A stretch of 64,000 nucleotides of DNA from Spirochaetia bacterium (GCA_963677595.1 OY782041.1:2944001-3008000); one strand, 5' to 3'. Shown: positions 46,892 through 57,364, counted from the first letter of the stretch. Notes: generated by a model not told the origin, from the sequence alone. Made by a program: numbers and translations.

Positions 46892-47298
46892 TATATCGAG
46901 CGTATGGCAACAGAGCTGTACTTCAACGTGAAACATGCGCTTATGGTCCCGATGCTGTCCTGTGTACCTGTGTTATGTGTTAACAGGCGACCTCCCTGCA
47001 GATGGACCGGTATAGTTAAACCCAGATCTCAGGCGGCGGCCCCACATCCCTCATTCAGAAAATCGGGGTCGTCGCCATCTTGTATCCCGAATGGCCTGCT
47101 GCCCGGCTCAAAGATCGGCATCCCTATATACGAAGAAATACACTCACCAAGAGATATCACCTTCGGTGTCAGTGGGTCACTCACACGATATAAAGTCAGC
47201 CGTCCCCTGTATGGTTCTGTGAGGATCGGATGGACCCATACCTGCAGGATAACTGATTATACCTGGATCGAGGAAACATGGTAGAGCATGCTGTTTGA

Positions 47299-48408
47299 TC
47301 AGATAGGGGCATCCTCGCCGAAGAGGATCCCCTCCATTGCGTAGGCAACAGTCTCCAGGGCTGTGCGGTCATCGTTGTTGGTCAGGAAGATGAGGGTGTG
47401 ACCCGATTCCGGGAAGATGATGATCAGGGAGTTGTAGCCGCTCCCCCCGATGGTTCCGCCGTGGAAGAACTGCTTCTCGCCGTAGGTCTCGGTGATCTCC
47501 CAGCCGTAGCCGTAGCCCTCGTTATAGGCGGTGGTCATGGCTGCTATGGACTCCTCTGTCAGCAGTTCGCCGGATGTATAGCTCCTGGCATAGCGGAAGA
47601 GGTCATCGGCGGTGCCGAGGATGTTCGCGGCGCCGATGACCCTGGAGAGGTTGTAGAGGGTGAGCTCCTCGGTGCCCGAGGGGATGATCCGGTACCCGAT
47701 GGCCTGGTTTGGGGCATGGGAGTCGTCGTAGCTGGTGAAGGCCCTCCTCATCCCCAGGGGGAAGAAGATGTTGTCATAGAGGTACTCGTCATAGGTGAGG
47801 CCGGAGACCCGCTCGATGATCATCGCAAGCATGATGTAGCCGGCATTGCTGTACATGAACCGGACGCCGGGCTTGTAGGCTATGGAGTAGTCGTTGAGGT
47901 AGGCGGCATGCTCCTCGAGCGACAGCCGGTCGTTGTAGGTGAACTTACCCTCCCGCTGCAGGCCGGAGGTGTGGGTGAGCAGGTGGTGGATCGTGATGTC
48001 GCTTCCCAGGCTGAAGGAGGGGATGTAGTCGGTGATGTAGCCCGAAAGGGAGAGTTCTCCCCTCTCGACGAGCTGCATGATCGCTGTCGCCGTGATCGAC
48101 TTCGAGATGGAGCCGTAGCCGAAGACCGTGGAGGTATCGTTGGGGAGCTCCTGCTCCCTGTCGGCATAGCCGTAGCCTTCGTGCAGGAGGATCTTGTCCC
48201 CCTCCGCGACGAGGATGACCCCGCTGTAGGGGTAGTCAGCCCCCTCCTGGTAGGAAGCCATATACCCGGTGAGCTTCTCTGTCATGGTGGAGACCTTTTC
48301 AGCGACTGCCGCTGCCTCAGCGGCGGGACGGTTCAGGACAGAGAGTATGATCCCGATGAGGATGAGGCTGACGAACAGCACGATGAGGATGATGATGCGT
48401 TTCTTCAT
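47299..48408 (-). CDS. Serine hydrolase, beta-lactamase/AmpC-like fold
   Basis: SISK, LLTHTSG, YSN and HGG motifs; N-terminal membrane anchor or signal. Confidence 0.9.
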   Translation of the reverse strand: MKKRIIILIVLFVSLILIGIILSVLNRPAAEAAAVAEKVSTMTEKLTGYMASYQEGADYPYSGVILVAEGDKILLHEGYGYADREQELPNDTSTVFGYGSISKSITATAIMQLVERGELSLSGYITDYIPSFSLGSDITIHHLLTHTSGLQREGKFTYNDRLSLEEHAAYLNDYSIAYKPGVRFMYSNAGYIMLAMIIERVSGLTYDEYLYDNIFFPLGMRRAFTSYDDSHAPNQAIGYRIIPSGTEELTLYNLSRVIGAANILGTADDLFRYARSYTSGELLTEESIAAMTTAYNEGYGYGWEITETYGEKQFFHGGTIGGSGYNSLIIIFPESGHTLIFLTNNDDRTALETVAYAMEGILFGEDAPI

Positions 48409-48583
48409 GGGGCAGACTCCCGGTTCGCTGGTGGAGGGAGAGCAGGAGGCTGTAGGAACCCCTCTCCCTATACAAAGTAGAACAGCTCGTCAGGGTAAAT
48501 CGTTACGGCAGGATGGAAAATACTGTCGGGGAGGGGTGTGGGTGATGGTTTGGGTGTTACATGGGTTTTAGCATGAATACTTA

Positions 48584-48638
48584 CCGTAAAAAAATTACGG
48601 ACTATTGCATATTCTTACCTTTTAGGTGATAATCACCT
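48584..48638 (+). promoter_or_regulatory. Sigma70-like promoter with two inverted repeats
   Basis: TTGCAT-N17-GATAAT (48605-48633); CCGTAA-N5-TTACGG and AGGTGAT-A-ATCACCT. Confidence 0.55.
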
Positions 48639-48653
48639 TAGATGGGGTGAAAC

Positions 48654-49760
48654 ATGTTATATAGATTTTCAGTTGAGAATTTCAAGAATTTCAAGAAGCG
48701 CATTGATTTAGATCTTTCAGATTCGAAGAACTATGCATTCAACAAAGAAGCTGTCAGAGATGGGATAGTCAAGACCTCAATCATCGTGGGTCCCAATGCC
48801 AGTGGTAAATCCAATCTATCCCTGGCAATATTCGATATCATAGGGCATGTCACTGATAAGAATACTACTGCAAAGCGTTATCAGAATTATACGTTTGGGA
48901 ATAATAGTGACCCCGTGAGGTTCTCATACTGGTTCCAGATCGAAGGATCGGTCATACAGTATGAGTATGTGAAGCTTGATCATGAGACGCTGGTGTATGA
49001 GAGACTCACGATACGGGATCGAGTCGTCCTGCTCTTCGACAGGGAGGATGGGACTGTACAGATCGATCTTGAGGGCGCAGAGACGCTCGATAAACAGATC
49101 CAGAACAAGAATCTATCGATACTCAAATACGTCAGGCGGAATACCAACCTGAAAGATACCGTTGAGAATAGATTATTTCATGCAATGTATGATTTCATTG
49201 ATCATATGCTCTCTTTCAGGTCGTTGGATGGGAATGAGTACCAGGGGTATGATGTAGGGTCTGGGAAGATCACGGAGGGAATACTCAAGAAAGGAAAATT
49301 GAAGGAATTTGAAGCGTTTCTGAAGACTGCTCATGTTGATTGTGTCCTGCGAGAGACCAGAACAGATACTAACCGGGATATAGTCTTTTGCTTTGGGAAC
49401 AGGGAGATCCCCTTCTTCGATATCGCTTCGACAGGAACACGGGCTCTGGCATTATTCTATCACTGGTATCTCGATGTACAGGAGTATGTTTCCTTCCTGC
49501 TGATAGATGAATTCGATGCATTCTACCATTTTGAACTTGCCCAGAGTATTGTGGCAGTATTGCGTTCTCTGGGGAAGACCCAGGTGATCCTGACGACCCA
49601 TAATACCGACCTCATCAGCAATGATCTCTTACGGCCTGACTGCTATTTTGAGTTGAAGGAAGACAGGATCGTTCCATTCTGGAGGAATACGAACAAGGAG
49701 ATCCGCCAGGCTCATAATATGCAGAAGATCTATAAGGCCGGCGGTTTCAATGGGAAATAA
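48654..49760 (+). CDS. AAA_21/ABC-type ATPase (RloA/AriA-like)
   Basis: VENFKNF, GPNASGKSN, STGT, LLIDEFD and TTHN motifs; low GC. Confidence 0.9.
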   Translation: MLYRFSVENFKNFKKRIDLDLSDSKNYAFNKEAVRDGIVKTSIIVGPNASGKSNLSLAIFDIIGHVTDKNTTAKRYQNYTFGNNSDPVRFSYWFQIEGSVIQYEYVKLDHETLVYERLTIRDRVVLLFDREDGTVQIDLEGAETLDKQIQNKNLSILKYVRRNTNLKDTVENRLFHAMYDFIDHMLSFRSLDGNEYQGYDVGSGKITEGILKKGKLKEFEAFLKTAHVDCVLRETRTDTNRDIVFCFGNREIPFFDIASTGTRALALFYHWYLDVQEYVSFLLIDEFDAFYHFELAQSIVAVLRSLGKTQVILTTHNTDLISNDLLRPDCYFELKEDRIVPFWRNTNKEIRQAHNMQKIYKAGGFNGK

Positions 49761-50553
49761 CATTCTCTTTGTCTTCGAAGGACGAAAAGCAGAACCTAAG
49801 ATCTTCAGGAATATCAATAGATTGTTCTTCACGTCTGATACAGGGTGCTCGAACTATTTCTATGGGGTCTTTGGGACACATGTGCATCAATTGTGCTGGG
49901 AAGTCCTGGATGATCCTGACCTCGATCTGTTCGTGCTACTGAAGCAACGGGGAATGATCAAGCCGTTGATGCCTCATATAGGTGACATGGGAAGGGATCC
50001 TTCTCAATTAAGACGTGAGGATTTTGCTGAGATATACCTGTTCTTTGATGCGGATAATCATGATCCCGACTTTGATGCTACGAAGCTGGAAGAGCTCGTT
50101 TCCTTCTTTGACAATGAGACAGAACATGGCAAACTGTATATCAACTATCCTATGGTTGAATCGTTAAAAGACTATCATCCGAAAAAAGCACAATATGCGA
50201 GATGCCTGGTACCAGTAGAAAACAATATACACTATAAGAAAGCAGTAGGCGACTATACCTGTAATGCCCATGTAGGAACATATACTGTTGGATACTGGAA
50301 AGAACTCATACGATACTTCATTAGAAGGGGAAACTGTCTGCTTGAAGACTACTACGAGATGATCAACTATGATGTATATATGGAGCGACTCTTGCAGATA
50401 TCGATCGTGAGGAAACAGCGTGATCATTGGGCACTACAGCAGACCTTTATGCTGAACAGCATCCCGTTTTTCCTGCTCGATTATTTCGGGAGGGATTTCT
50501 ATGATTCCTGCTGGCAGAATATCAACCAGGTTCGCTCAAGCGACTTCAGCTGA
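49750..50553 (+). CDS. RloB/TOPRIM-like protein
   Basis: FVFEG...EP.IF, FFDAD and INYPMVES motifs; overlaps the ATPase stop codon. Confidence 0.6.
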   Translation: MGNNILFVFEGRKAEPKIFRNINRLFFTSDTGCSNYFYGVFGTHVHQLCWEVLDDPDLDLFVLLKQRGMIKPLMPHIGDMGRDPSQLRREDFAEIYLFFDADNHDPDFDATKLEELVSFFDNETEHGKLYINYPMVESLKDYHPKKAQYARCLVPVENNIHYKKAVGDYTCNAHVGTYTVGYWKELIRYFIRRGNCLLEDYYEMINYDVYMERLLQISIVRKQRDHWALQQTFMLNSIPFFLLDYFGRDFYDSCWQNINQVRSSDFS

Positions 50554-50651
50554 ATGAAGTGTACACCAGGAAACCCCAAAGATCTTCAAGACACCCAGCA
50601 GTTGGAATAGCCATATCCCTTGAGGTGCAGGGACGTACAGCACCCTGAAGC

Positions 50652-51335
50652 TCACTCCTCCTGCTCGAACAGCCTCTGTATGTTCGGCAGCTTCAGCAGC
50701 CTGAGCTCAGAGTTGATCAGATGGTCGTGCATGAGCGCTGCTGCCGTCTTCCCGTCATGCACGAGCATGGCATCGAGGATGCCGATGTGCTCATCGATGG
50801 CGGCCTGTTCGATGATCACCTCCTTCTTCCCAAAGCCCCAGCGCCTGATGAGCCAGCACTGCTCCCGTACGGTCTGCAGGAGCTTCTGCAGGCGGGCGTT
50901 CTGTGAGCCGATCATGATGGTGTCATGGAAGAAGATGTCGAGGTCGATGAGTTCTGAGAGGCTGTGGTCTGCTATGAGTGCCTCGCTGTCGTGGAAGACC
51001 TGCCGGAGGGCCTGGATCTCCTCAGTCGCCATTTTCTTCACGGCCTGCTTGACTGAGAGGCTCTCGAGGACAGCTCGGATCTCGAAGAGGTCGCTGACCC
51101 CCCCGGCCGTGGGCTTGAAGACCGTGTAGCCGGTCCCGTTGTACTCGACGAGCCCCTGCTCCACGAGGGAGGAGAGGCCGTCGCGGACCGGGGTCCTGCT
51201 TACCTGGAGTTCTTCCGCGAGCTTGTCCACGACCAGCCGCTGGCCGGGAAGGTACTTCATGGAGAAGACGTTCTCCTTGATCAGGATGGTTGCCTGGTCA
51301 CTCAGGCTCTTTCGTACTACGACTTTCTGTGCCAT
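50652..51335 (-). CDS. GntR/FadR (FCD) regulator
   Basis: VSRTPVRD HTH; LDIFFH and EH..I motifs. Confidence 0.93.
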   Translation of the reverse strand: MAQKVVVRKSLSDQATILIKENVFSMKYLPGQRLVVDKLAEELQVSRTPVRDGLSSLVEQGLVEYNGTGYTVFKPTAGGVSDLFEIRAVLESLSVKQAVKKMATEEIQALRQVFHDSEALIADHSLSELIDLDIFFHDTIMIGSQNARLQKLLQTVREQCWLIRRWGFGKKEVIIEQAAIDEHIGILDAMLVHDGKTAAALMHDHLINSELRLLKLPNIQRLFEQEE

Positions 51336-51343
51336 GTATCACC

Positions 51344-52420
51344 TCACATTCCGAGTAACTTCTTCAACGGTTCGACTTCCCCCATATCCTCGACCATGAT
51401 ATGGAGGTAGAGACTGCTGCAGTCCAGCCGGGAGACGATGAGCCGCATCTCTTCCGGGGTGAAGGCCCCGCGGAAGATGACCGGCCTGCCGCTTTCCTGG
51501 ATCTTTCTGATATGGGGGATCATCTCGGAGACCGGGGGACCTCCCACATCGTTGTTCACCTCGAATGCCTTGATCCCCCGTATCTCGAGCAGTTCGTCCA
51601 GGACGAACATCGAGGTCGAGTGAAGGTGCATGAAGGTGTATGCATACCGCTCGGCGATCGCCGCGTCGATATGCTGGACGTACTTCCTGTAGAGAGTGGG
51701 GGAGAAGATCGGCAGCGCGTCCTCCTGCAGCCGGGCGATGGGTCCGGGCGCCCAGAGGTAGTACTGGGCATCGTAGTACCCTCCCTGCCAGAGGGGGGTA
51801 CGGTCCCAGACGGCATCGCGTGTTGCGGTGAAGACTTCCCCCATCTTCTCGAAGAGTTCCCCGATGCCGGGTGTCCCGTCCATCATGGAGATGGCTGTGT
51901 TCGTATGGCCGTGGAGGATGACTGCCAGGTCGGTCGGGCCGACGACGCAGCCGTGGCTGACGGGGTAAGCCCCGTCAGCATGGGCGATGAGGGCGTCGAC
52001 GTACTCAAGGTAGACCTTCATCCAGGGATTCGATGCATCAGTACATACCTGCGGGATCTCCTCGAGCGGCAGGTTCTTGTCCTCCGCGAGCAGGCTGCCG
52101 GGGAGGATACGCAACTCCCCGCCGATGACGGCGCAGTTCCAGGGGATCCCCTGGTGGGGACAGCCGCCCCGGATGATATCGTCATCCATACGCTCCCCCT
52201 CGGCTATCATCCGGTCCTGGTCGGCGAGGAAGTCCGCCGGGTCGACCATATCGGGGGTGAGGTAGCTGTCGAGCGGCCAGGAGGAGGTAATGCGGTACTC
52301 CTCCACCGGGAGCCAGCCCTTGAAGGTGAACCCGACAAGGGGCCGGTCGGAGAGGTTCATGTCCCAGAAGTCACGGTAGCGCCGGGTCTTGGCAGGGTCA
52401 TTGCCGAAGGGGTACGTCAT
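51344..52420 (-). CDS. Divergent URO-D/MtaA-fold (uroporphyrinogen decarboxylase-like) protein
   Basis: GPTDLA..LHG, QEDA..IFSP.LY and MHLH motifs; paralogous to 55387-56472. Confidence 0.65.
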   Translation of the reverse strand: MTYPFGNDPAKTRRYRDFWDMNLSDRPLVGFTFKGWLPVEEYRITSSWPLDSYLTPDMVDPADFLADQDRMIAEGERMDDDIIRGGCPHQGIPWNCAVIGGELRILPGSLLAEDKNLPLEEIPQVCTDASNPWMKVYLEYVDALIAHADGAYPVSHGCVVGPTDLAVILHGHTNTAISMMDGTPGIGELFEKMGEVFTATRDAVWDRTPLWQGGYYDAQYYLWAPGPIARLQEDALPIFSPTLYRKYVQHIDAAIAERYAYTFMHLHSTSMFVLDELLEIRGIKAFEVNNDVGGPPVSEMIPHIRKIQESGRPVIFRGAFTPEEMRLIVSRLDCSSLYLHIMVEDMGEVEPLKKLLGM

Positions 52421-52435
52421 ACAGCATATCTCCCC

Positions 52436-53725
52436 TTAGTAGACCAGGTTCGGCAGGAAGAGCGAGATCCCCGGAACGTAGGTGATCAGCAGCAGGCAGA
52501 TGAGCAGGACCAGGTAGAAGGGCCATGCCTCCTTGATGAAGTCCTTGATCTTCACCTTGGTGATCGTGCAGGTGGTGAACATCAGCGTCCCCATCGGTGG
52601 GCTCAGGGAGCCGACTGCGAGGTTGAAGATGAACACCAGGCCGAAATGGACGGTATCGATGCCGAGGGCTTTGACCATGGGCATGAGGATCGGGATGAGG
52701 ACGAGCATGATGGCGTTCCCCTCGATGAACATCCCGATCATGAGCAGGAAGATGTTCAGCAGCAGGAGGAACTGCCACTTGGAGCTGACGATCGAGAGGA
52801 TGAAGGAGGTCGCATGCTGCGGGACCTGCTCCCAGGTGAGGAACCAGCCGAAGGTGGAGGCAGCGCCGATGATCAGCATGATCGAGGAGGTGGTGACCAC
52901 CGTCTCGATGACCGCATCCTTGATCTGGATGAGTTTCATCTCCTTATAGACGAGCATCCCGAGGATGAAGGCATAGAGGATGGCGATGGCCCCGGCTTCG
53001 GTCGGGGTGAAGATACCCAGGCGGATACCGCCGATGATGACTACGGGTAGCAGCAGGGCGAGCATGGCGTCCTTGGACCCGCGCGCGACGTCCTTCACCG
53101 ATGCGCGTTTCTCGAAGATTGGGGTGTACCCGCGCTTGATCGAGACGAAATGGACGGCGGCCATCATGACGATACAGGTGAGGACCCCGGGGAGGATCCC
53201 TGCCAGGAAGAGCTTGCCGATCGATACGTTCCCAATATACCCGAAGATGATCAGGGCGATGCCCGGCGGGATGATCGGGGTGATGATGGCAGAGGCTGCC
53301 GTGACGACGGAGGAGAAGGCGGGGCTGTAGCCGCGCTGGATCATCTCCGGCACCAGGATCTTGGACTGCATCGCCGCGTCTGCGATACTCGAGCCTGAGA
53401 GCCCTCCCATGAGGGTGCTCAAGACGACGTTGGTCTGGGCGAGCCCTCCCGGCATGTGGCCGGTGAGGATCTCGCTGAAGCGGACCATCCGCCTCGTGAT
53501 CCCGGTATAGTTCATCAGGACGCCTGCCATGACGAAGAAGGGGACGGCGAGCAGCGGGATCGACTCGACGCCGCCGATCATCCGCTGGATGAGGATCATG
53601 AAGGTGACCTGGTCCGAGAGGAGGAAGTAGATGAAGGTGCTGCCGAGGATGGCGGCGAACACTGGGACGTTGATGAAGAGCAGCACGACCAGTGAGATCA
53701 GTGCGACATTTACTGAGGGATTCAT
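52436..53725 (-). CDS. dctM: TRAP transporter large permease
   Basis: LLAVPFF, GGLSGSSIAD, IIPPGI and FTPTEA motifs. Confidence 0.95.
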   Translation of the reverse strand: MNPSVNVALISLVVLLFINVPVFAAILGSTFIYFLLSDQVTFMILIQRMIGGVESIPLLAVPFFVMAGVLMNYTGITRRMVRFSEILTGHMPGGLAQTNVVLSTLMGGLSGSSIADAAMQSKILVPEMIQRGYSPAFSSVVTAASAIITPIIPPGIALIIFGYIGNVSIGKLFLAGILPGVLTCIVMMAAVHFVSIKRGYTPIFEKRASVKDVARGSKDAMLALLLPVVIIGGIRLGIFTPTEAGAIAILYAFILGMLVYKEMKLIQIKDAVIETVVTTSSIMLIIGAASTFGWFLTWEQVPQHATSFILSIVSSKWQFLLLLNIFLLMIGMFIEGNAIMLVLIPILMPMVKALGIDTVHFGLVFIFNLAVGSLSPPMGTLMFTTCTITKVKIKDFIKEAWPFYLVLLICLLLITYVPGISLFLPNLVY

Positions 53726-54228
53726 GATTCTGCCTCCTCGGTGTTCTTAGCAGGTTCCTTCCTGAATATGTCCAGGGAGTTCCTGATGGTATTGACGATC
53801 ATATAGAGACTCCCGATCGGGACCGCGATGTCGATGAACGGGTAGGGGACCTTCAGCAGCGGGGTGATCTTCGCCCCTGACTGCATGGCCTTCTTGTACC
53901 CGTAGATGAGGATGATGAGCAGCAGGATGTTGGTGATGGCAAGGCTGACGATATCGGCGACCTTCCTGGCCTTCGGCGGCAGTTCGTCCACCACGATGTC
54001 GATGCTGACATGGTTTCGGCGCTTCGTCGCCGAGCTTGCACCCATGAAGACCGCCCAGATGAAGAGGCCGAGCGAGACCTCTTCCACCCAACCGAGGGGG
54101 GAGTTCAGCAGATATCGGAAAACCACTCCCAGGACGGTGATCAGGATGATTGATGAGATGCAGACCCCTGAGATGATGTCATCGAGGTTCCCGATGACAT
54201 GGAGGATCTTCTTAACAGTTAGTTTCAT
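53722..54228 (-). CDS. dctQ: TRAP transporter small permease
   Basis: VVFRY, WVEE and HVSID motifs; 4 TM helices. Confidence 0.93.
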   Translation of the reverse strand: MKLTVKKILHVIGNLDDIISGVCISSIILITVLGVVFRYLLNSPLGWVEEVSLGLFIWAVFMGASSATKRRNHVSIDIVVDELPPKARKVADIVSLAITNILLLIILIYGYKKAMQSGAKITPLLKVPYPFIDIAVPIGSLYMIVNTIRNSLDIFRKEPAKNTEEAES

Positions 54229-54249
54229 GGTAATTCCCCTCGTTCGAAC

Positions 54250-54282
54250 GGCTGAGGACCCTTTACGTAAGAGTCCCCAGCC
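54250..54282 (-). terminator. Hairpin between dctP and dctQ
   Basis: Minus-strand stem GGCTGGGGACTCTT / AAGGGTCCTCAGCC with G-U pairs. Confidence 0.5.
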
Positions 54283-54314
54283 TGGATTCGGTTATATACT
54301 CATTTCCGGTTGGA

Positions 54315-55325
54315 TTATTTCATGTTCGCCTTGACCGTCTCATAGAGGCCTGGTGACCACTGTGAGAAGCTGTCGTATACCGGCCGGACTGCTTTCTGGA
54401 AGGCTGCCACATCGACATCGTCCACGATGGTCACGCCGGCTGCCTTGAGTTCTTCCATGGCTTCCTTGTCCGACTTGTCCAGGGATGCGTTCAGTGTCAG
54501 GCCTGCCTCGTCACCGGTCTCCATGATGATCTGCTTCATGTCTGCCGGGAGTCCGTTGAAGAAGTCCGCCCCGCCGATCCACATTGCCAGCAGCTTGATA
54601 TGGCCGGTGAGGTTCAGGTACTTGGCGCTCTCATACATCTTGGAGCCGTAGAGTACCGGGATCGGGTTCTCGACACCTTCGATGACGCCCTGTGCGAGTG
54701 CGGGGTATGCATCTCCCCAAGGCATCGGGGTAGCGGTAGCGCCCATGCCGTTGATGGTCTTGATGAAGAGCTCGTTGTTCGGGCACCGGATCTTCACGCC
54801 TTCGAGGTCTGCAGGGGTCCGTACTGCCTGCTTGCTGATGATATGACGGTCGCCGTAGGCCCAGTTCGCCGTGAGGACGGTGAGGCCGGTCTTCTCGAGC
54901 TTCGCAACCTGCTCATCGAACCAGGGGCTGCTCGTCAGGGTGAAGTACTCATCCCAGGTGGTCCCGAGGAAAGGACCTGAGAGGATGCCGATGTCGGGGA
55001 CGAAGTCCATGAGGAAGCTACCGTCGGTGATGGTGATGACGTTGCTGCCCATCTTCATCTGCTCGGTGAGGTCGACCTTCGACCCGAGCTGTGAACTCGG
55101 GAAGAGCTGGAGCTCAATCCTTCCGTTACTTCGCTCTGCAGCGAGTTCTGCCCACTTCTGTGCTGCGACATCGACCGGTTCCCCGGGGTTGTTCTCATAC
55201 CCGACTTTCAGGATGATCTTCTCCGCTGCCTTGGGGGCAGCTTCCTGGGAGCCGTTCGCCATCAGGAAGCCTGTTGACAGCAGACAGACGGCAACGAATG
55301 CCACGATCAGTTTTCTCATACTCAT
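54315..55325 (-). CDS. dctP: TRAP substrate-binding protein
   Basis: FPSSQLG, DLEGVKIR (carboxylate-binding Arg) and GVENP motifs; signal ...MANGSQE; start is one of three nearby ATGs. Confidence 0.93.
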   Translation of the reverse strand: MSMRKLIVAFVAVCLLSTGFLMANGSQEAAPKAAEKIILKVGYENNPGEPVDVAAQKWAELAAERSNGRIELQLFPSSQLGSKVDLTEQMKMGSNVITITDGSFLMDFVPDIGILSGPFLGTTWDEYFTLTSSPWFDEQVAKLEKTGLTVLTANWAYGDRHIISKQAVRTPADLEGVKIRCPNNELFIKTINGMGATATPMPWGDAYPALAQGVIEGVENPIPVLYGSKMYESAKYLNLTGHIKLLAMWIGGADFFNGLPADMKQIIMETGDEAGLTLNASLDKSDKEAMEELKAAGVTIVDDVDVAAFQKAVRPVYDSFSQWSPGLYETVKANMK

Positions 55326-55386
55326 ACTCATTCTCCTTTTGTTTTCTATGAAAAGCGACATACCCAGTCTGGACTGGGGATCCCGC

Positions 55387-56472
55387 CTAACTCCATACTC
55401 TCTTCTTCCAGAACTCGAGGTACTCCTTCGCGCTCTCGAGATCATCGCATTGGGTATCGACATAGAGCCGGTCGCACCTGAGCTCAGGCAGGAGCAGCTC
55501 CAGGTCCTCCGGTGTGAACTTCCTCAGCAGCAGGCAGTGGTCCTCCTGCACGAGCTTCAGCATCGGAATCATCTCCTCGACCTTCGGCCCTGCCGGCCAG
55601 TCGTTGACCACCTGGAGCCCGCGCAGCCCGGGGTGCTTGAGGAACTCGGGCACCAGCCGTATCTGTCCTGAGTGGGTGTGCATCCAGGGGGTGTCCATCG
55701 ACTCGAGGGCCTCGTCATCGGAGGCGAAGAGCAGGTCCATGTAGTCATCGGCAGACAGGCCTACCGTGAGGTCGTCATCCACCATGCAGCTCCGTCCCGG
55801 GGTCCAAAGGCTGTAGTAGTCGCAGTACCCGCCCTCGAGCGAGGGGATCATGTCGAAGCAGAGCTGCGTCGTCCTGATGTAGGCATCGGTGCAGATTCGT
55901 GCGAGCTTCCTGACATTCTCCCGGTCGAGCGCGATATCGAGGTACATCTCCGTGACGCCCCTGAGGTCTGCCATGATGTCCCCGGGTCCGGTGAAGAGGT
56001 TCGTCCCCACGGGGAACCGACCCCGTGCATGCTCGGTGAAGTAGGCTACCTGCTCCTCCATGAGGGCTATCCACGCATTTGTGGAGTCGATCGGGTGGTT
56101 CCGGTACCGATCAAGGTCCCCGTAGTCCTTCATGATGTGTTCGTTCCAGCTCGTTCCCTTCCCGAAGGTCACCGGGGCACCCATGATGCCGCCCATGAAG
56201 GCGGGGCCATGGTAGACGGCCGCGACGAGCATGTCGTCATCAGGCAGCTCTCGCTTCTGGTCGTTCATATGTTCCCAGTAGGCGAAGTGGGTGTCAGCTG
56301 CCTCGCAGCTCTCCTGCCACTCGGGATCGGAGACGCCGTCGAGCGGGTAGCGGATGCGGATCGGCGGGTGGTCGATGAACTCCCGCTCCCAGAACGCCTT
56401 GAGCCGCTGGAGGCTCTCAGGGCCATTGGGTTTATATGAGAGGTCATCTATGGAAAAATCTTCATGGTTCAT
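55387..56472 (-). CDS. Divergent URO-D/MtaA-fold protein
   Basis: GPGDIMADLRG, DDD..LS...Y and MHTH motifs. Confidence 0.65.
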   Translation of the reverse strand: MNHEDFSIDDLSYKPNGPESLQRLKAFWEREFIDHPPIRIRYPLDGVSDPEWQESCEAADTHFAYWEHMNDQKRELPDDDMLVAAVYHGPAFMGGIMGAPVTFGKGTSWNEHIMKDYGDLDRYRNHPIDSTNAWIALMEEQVAYFTEHARGRFPVGTNLFTGPGDIMADLRGVTEMYLDIALDRENVRKLARICTDAYIRTTQLCFDMIPSLEGGYCDYYSLWTPGRSCMVDDDLTVGLSADDYMDLLFASDDEALESMDTPWMHTHSGQIRLVPEFLKHPGLRGLQVVNDWPAGPKVEEMIPMLKLVQEDHCLLLRKFTPEDLELLLPELRCDRLYVDTQCDDLESAKEYLEFWKKRVWS

Positions 56473-56493
56473 TACTCACTACTCCATCATGTT

Positions 56494-56515
56494 CGCATTC
56501 CGTATACGAAATACG
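56494..56515. promoter_or_regulatory. Probable GntR operator 1
   Basis: Quasi-palindrome CGCATTC-CGTATACG-AAATACG; the same motif recurs at 57371. Confidence 0.65.
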
Positions 56516-56622
56516 ATGTAAATGAAGTATAGAACGGCTTAGTGCATCTGTCAATAATTTTTTTCAGCAGCTTTTTTAAGCTTGTGAGATAGGGGAAATG
56601 AGCGGTAAGGGGAAAGAGGAGA

Positions 56623-57273
56623 TCACTCCTCCCGGAGCATGGCCCTGCCTTCGGCATGATCGAGATGGGTCCTCATCGCCTTGACGGTCCGGGAGGCGTC
56701 GTGGGCCTTCAGGCCGTCGAGGATCGCTAAGTGCTCATCGATCGTCTCCTGCTCCATCGGCATATGGGGGCGCTTGCTGAAGAGCCACCGATTCACCAGC
56801 TGGTGCTGGTCCATGAGGGAGGAGAGGATGCGTGTCAGCCTGGTACAGTGGGATGCGCCTGCAAGGGCTTGGTGGAACCTGATATCGAGGTCGATCATGT
56901 CAACCGGGTCTGATGCCTTGATATGGCTGATCATAATATCTTGCATAGCAATGAGTTCTTCAGATGTTACACGTTCGGCTGCAAGCTTCACGGCAAGCTC
57001 TTCGAGCGGGGTGCGCAGGGCGTAGATATCGGTGATGTCCTCCGGTGAGAGGTCTATGACATGGTAGCCCTTTCCGTTGTAGTCGACGAGTCCCTGTTCC
57101 CCAAGCTTCTTCAGCGCCTCGCGAACGGGCGTCCTGCTGCTGTTGAACTTCTCTGCCAGGGTATCGACGATGAGACGGGATCCGGGAGGGAACTCGAGTG
57201 AGAAGATTGCTTCCTTGATGAGATCGATCATCTGGTCGCTGATACTCTGTCTGACTATGATCTTCTGTGCCAT
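56623..57273 (-). CDS. GntR/FadR (FCD) regulator
   Basis: SSRTPVREAL HTH and LDIRFH motif; paralog of 50652-51335. Confidence 0.93.
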   Translation of the reverse strand: MAQKIIVRQSISDQMIDLIKEAIFSLEFPPGSRLIVDTLAEKFNSSRTPVREALKKLGEQGLVDYNGKGYHVIDLSPEDITDIYALRTPLEELAVKLAAERVTSEELIAMQDIMISHIKASDPVDMIDLDIRFHQALAGASHCTRLTRILSSLMDQHQLVNRWLFSKRPHMPMEQETIDEHLAILDGLKAHDASRTVKAMRTHLDHAEGRAMLREE

Positions 57274-57364
57274 ATAGAAAGAATACTATCATAAATAGAG
57301 GACTCGGACAACTCTGCATCGATCCAGAGAAGTTTTTCCTTTACAACCTGGTGATTATGGTTTA

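Noticed and set aside
47299-48408. Class C beta-lactamase resistance gene
   Set aside because: It has HGG rather than KTG; this is a generic serine hydrolase/peptidase family, and resistance cannot be inferred.
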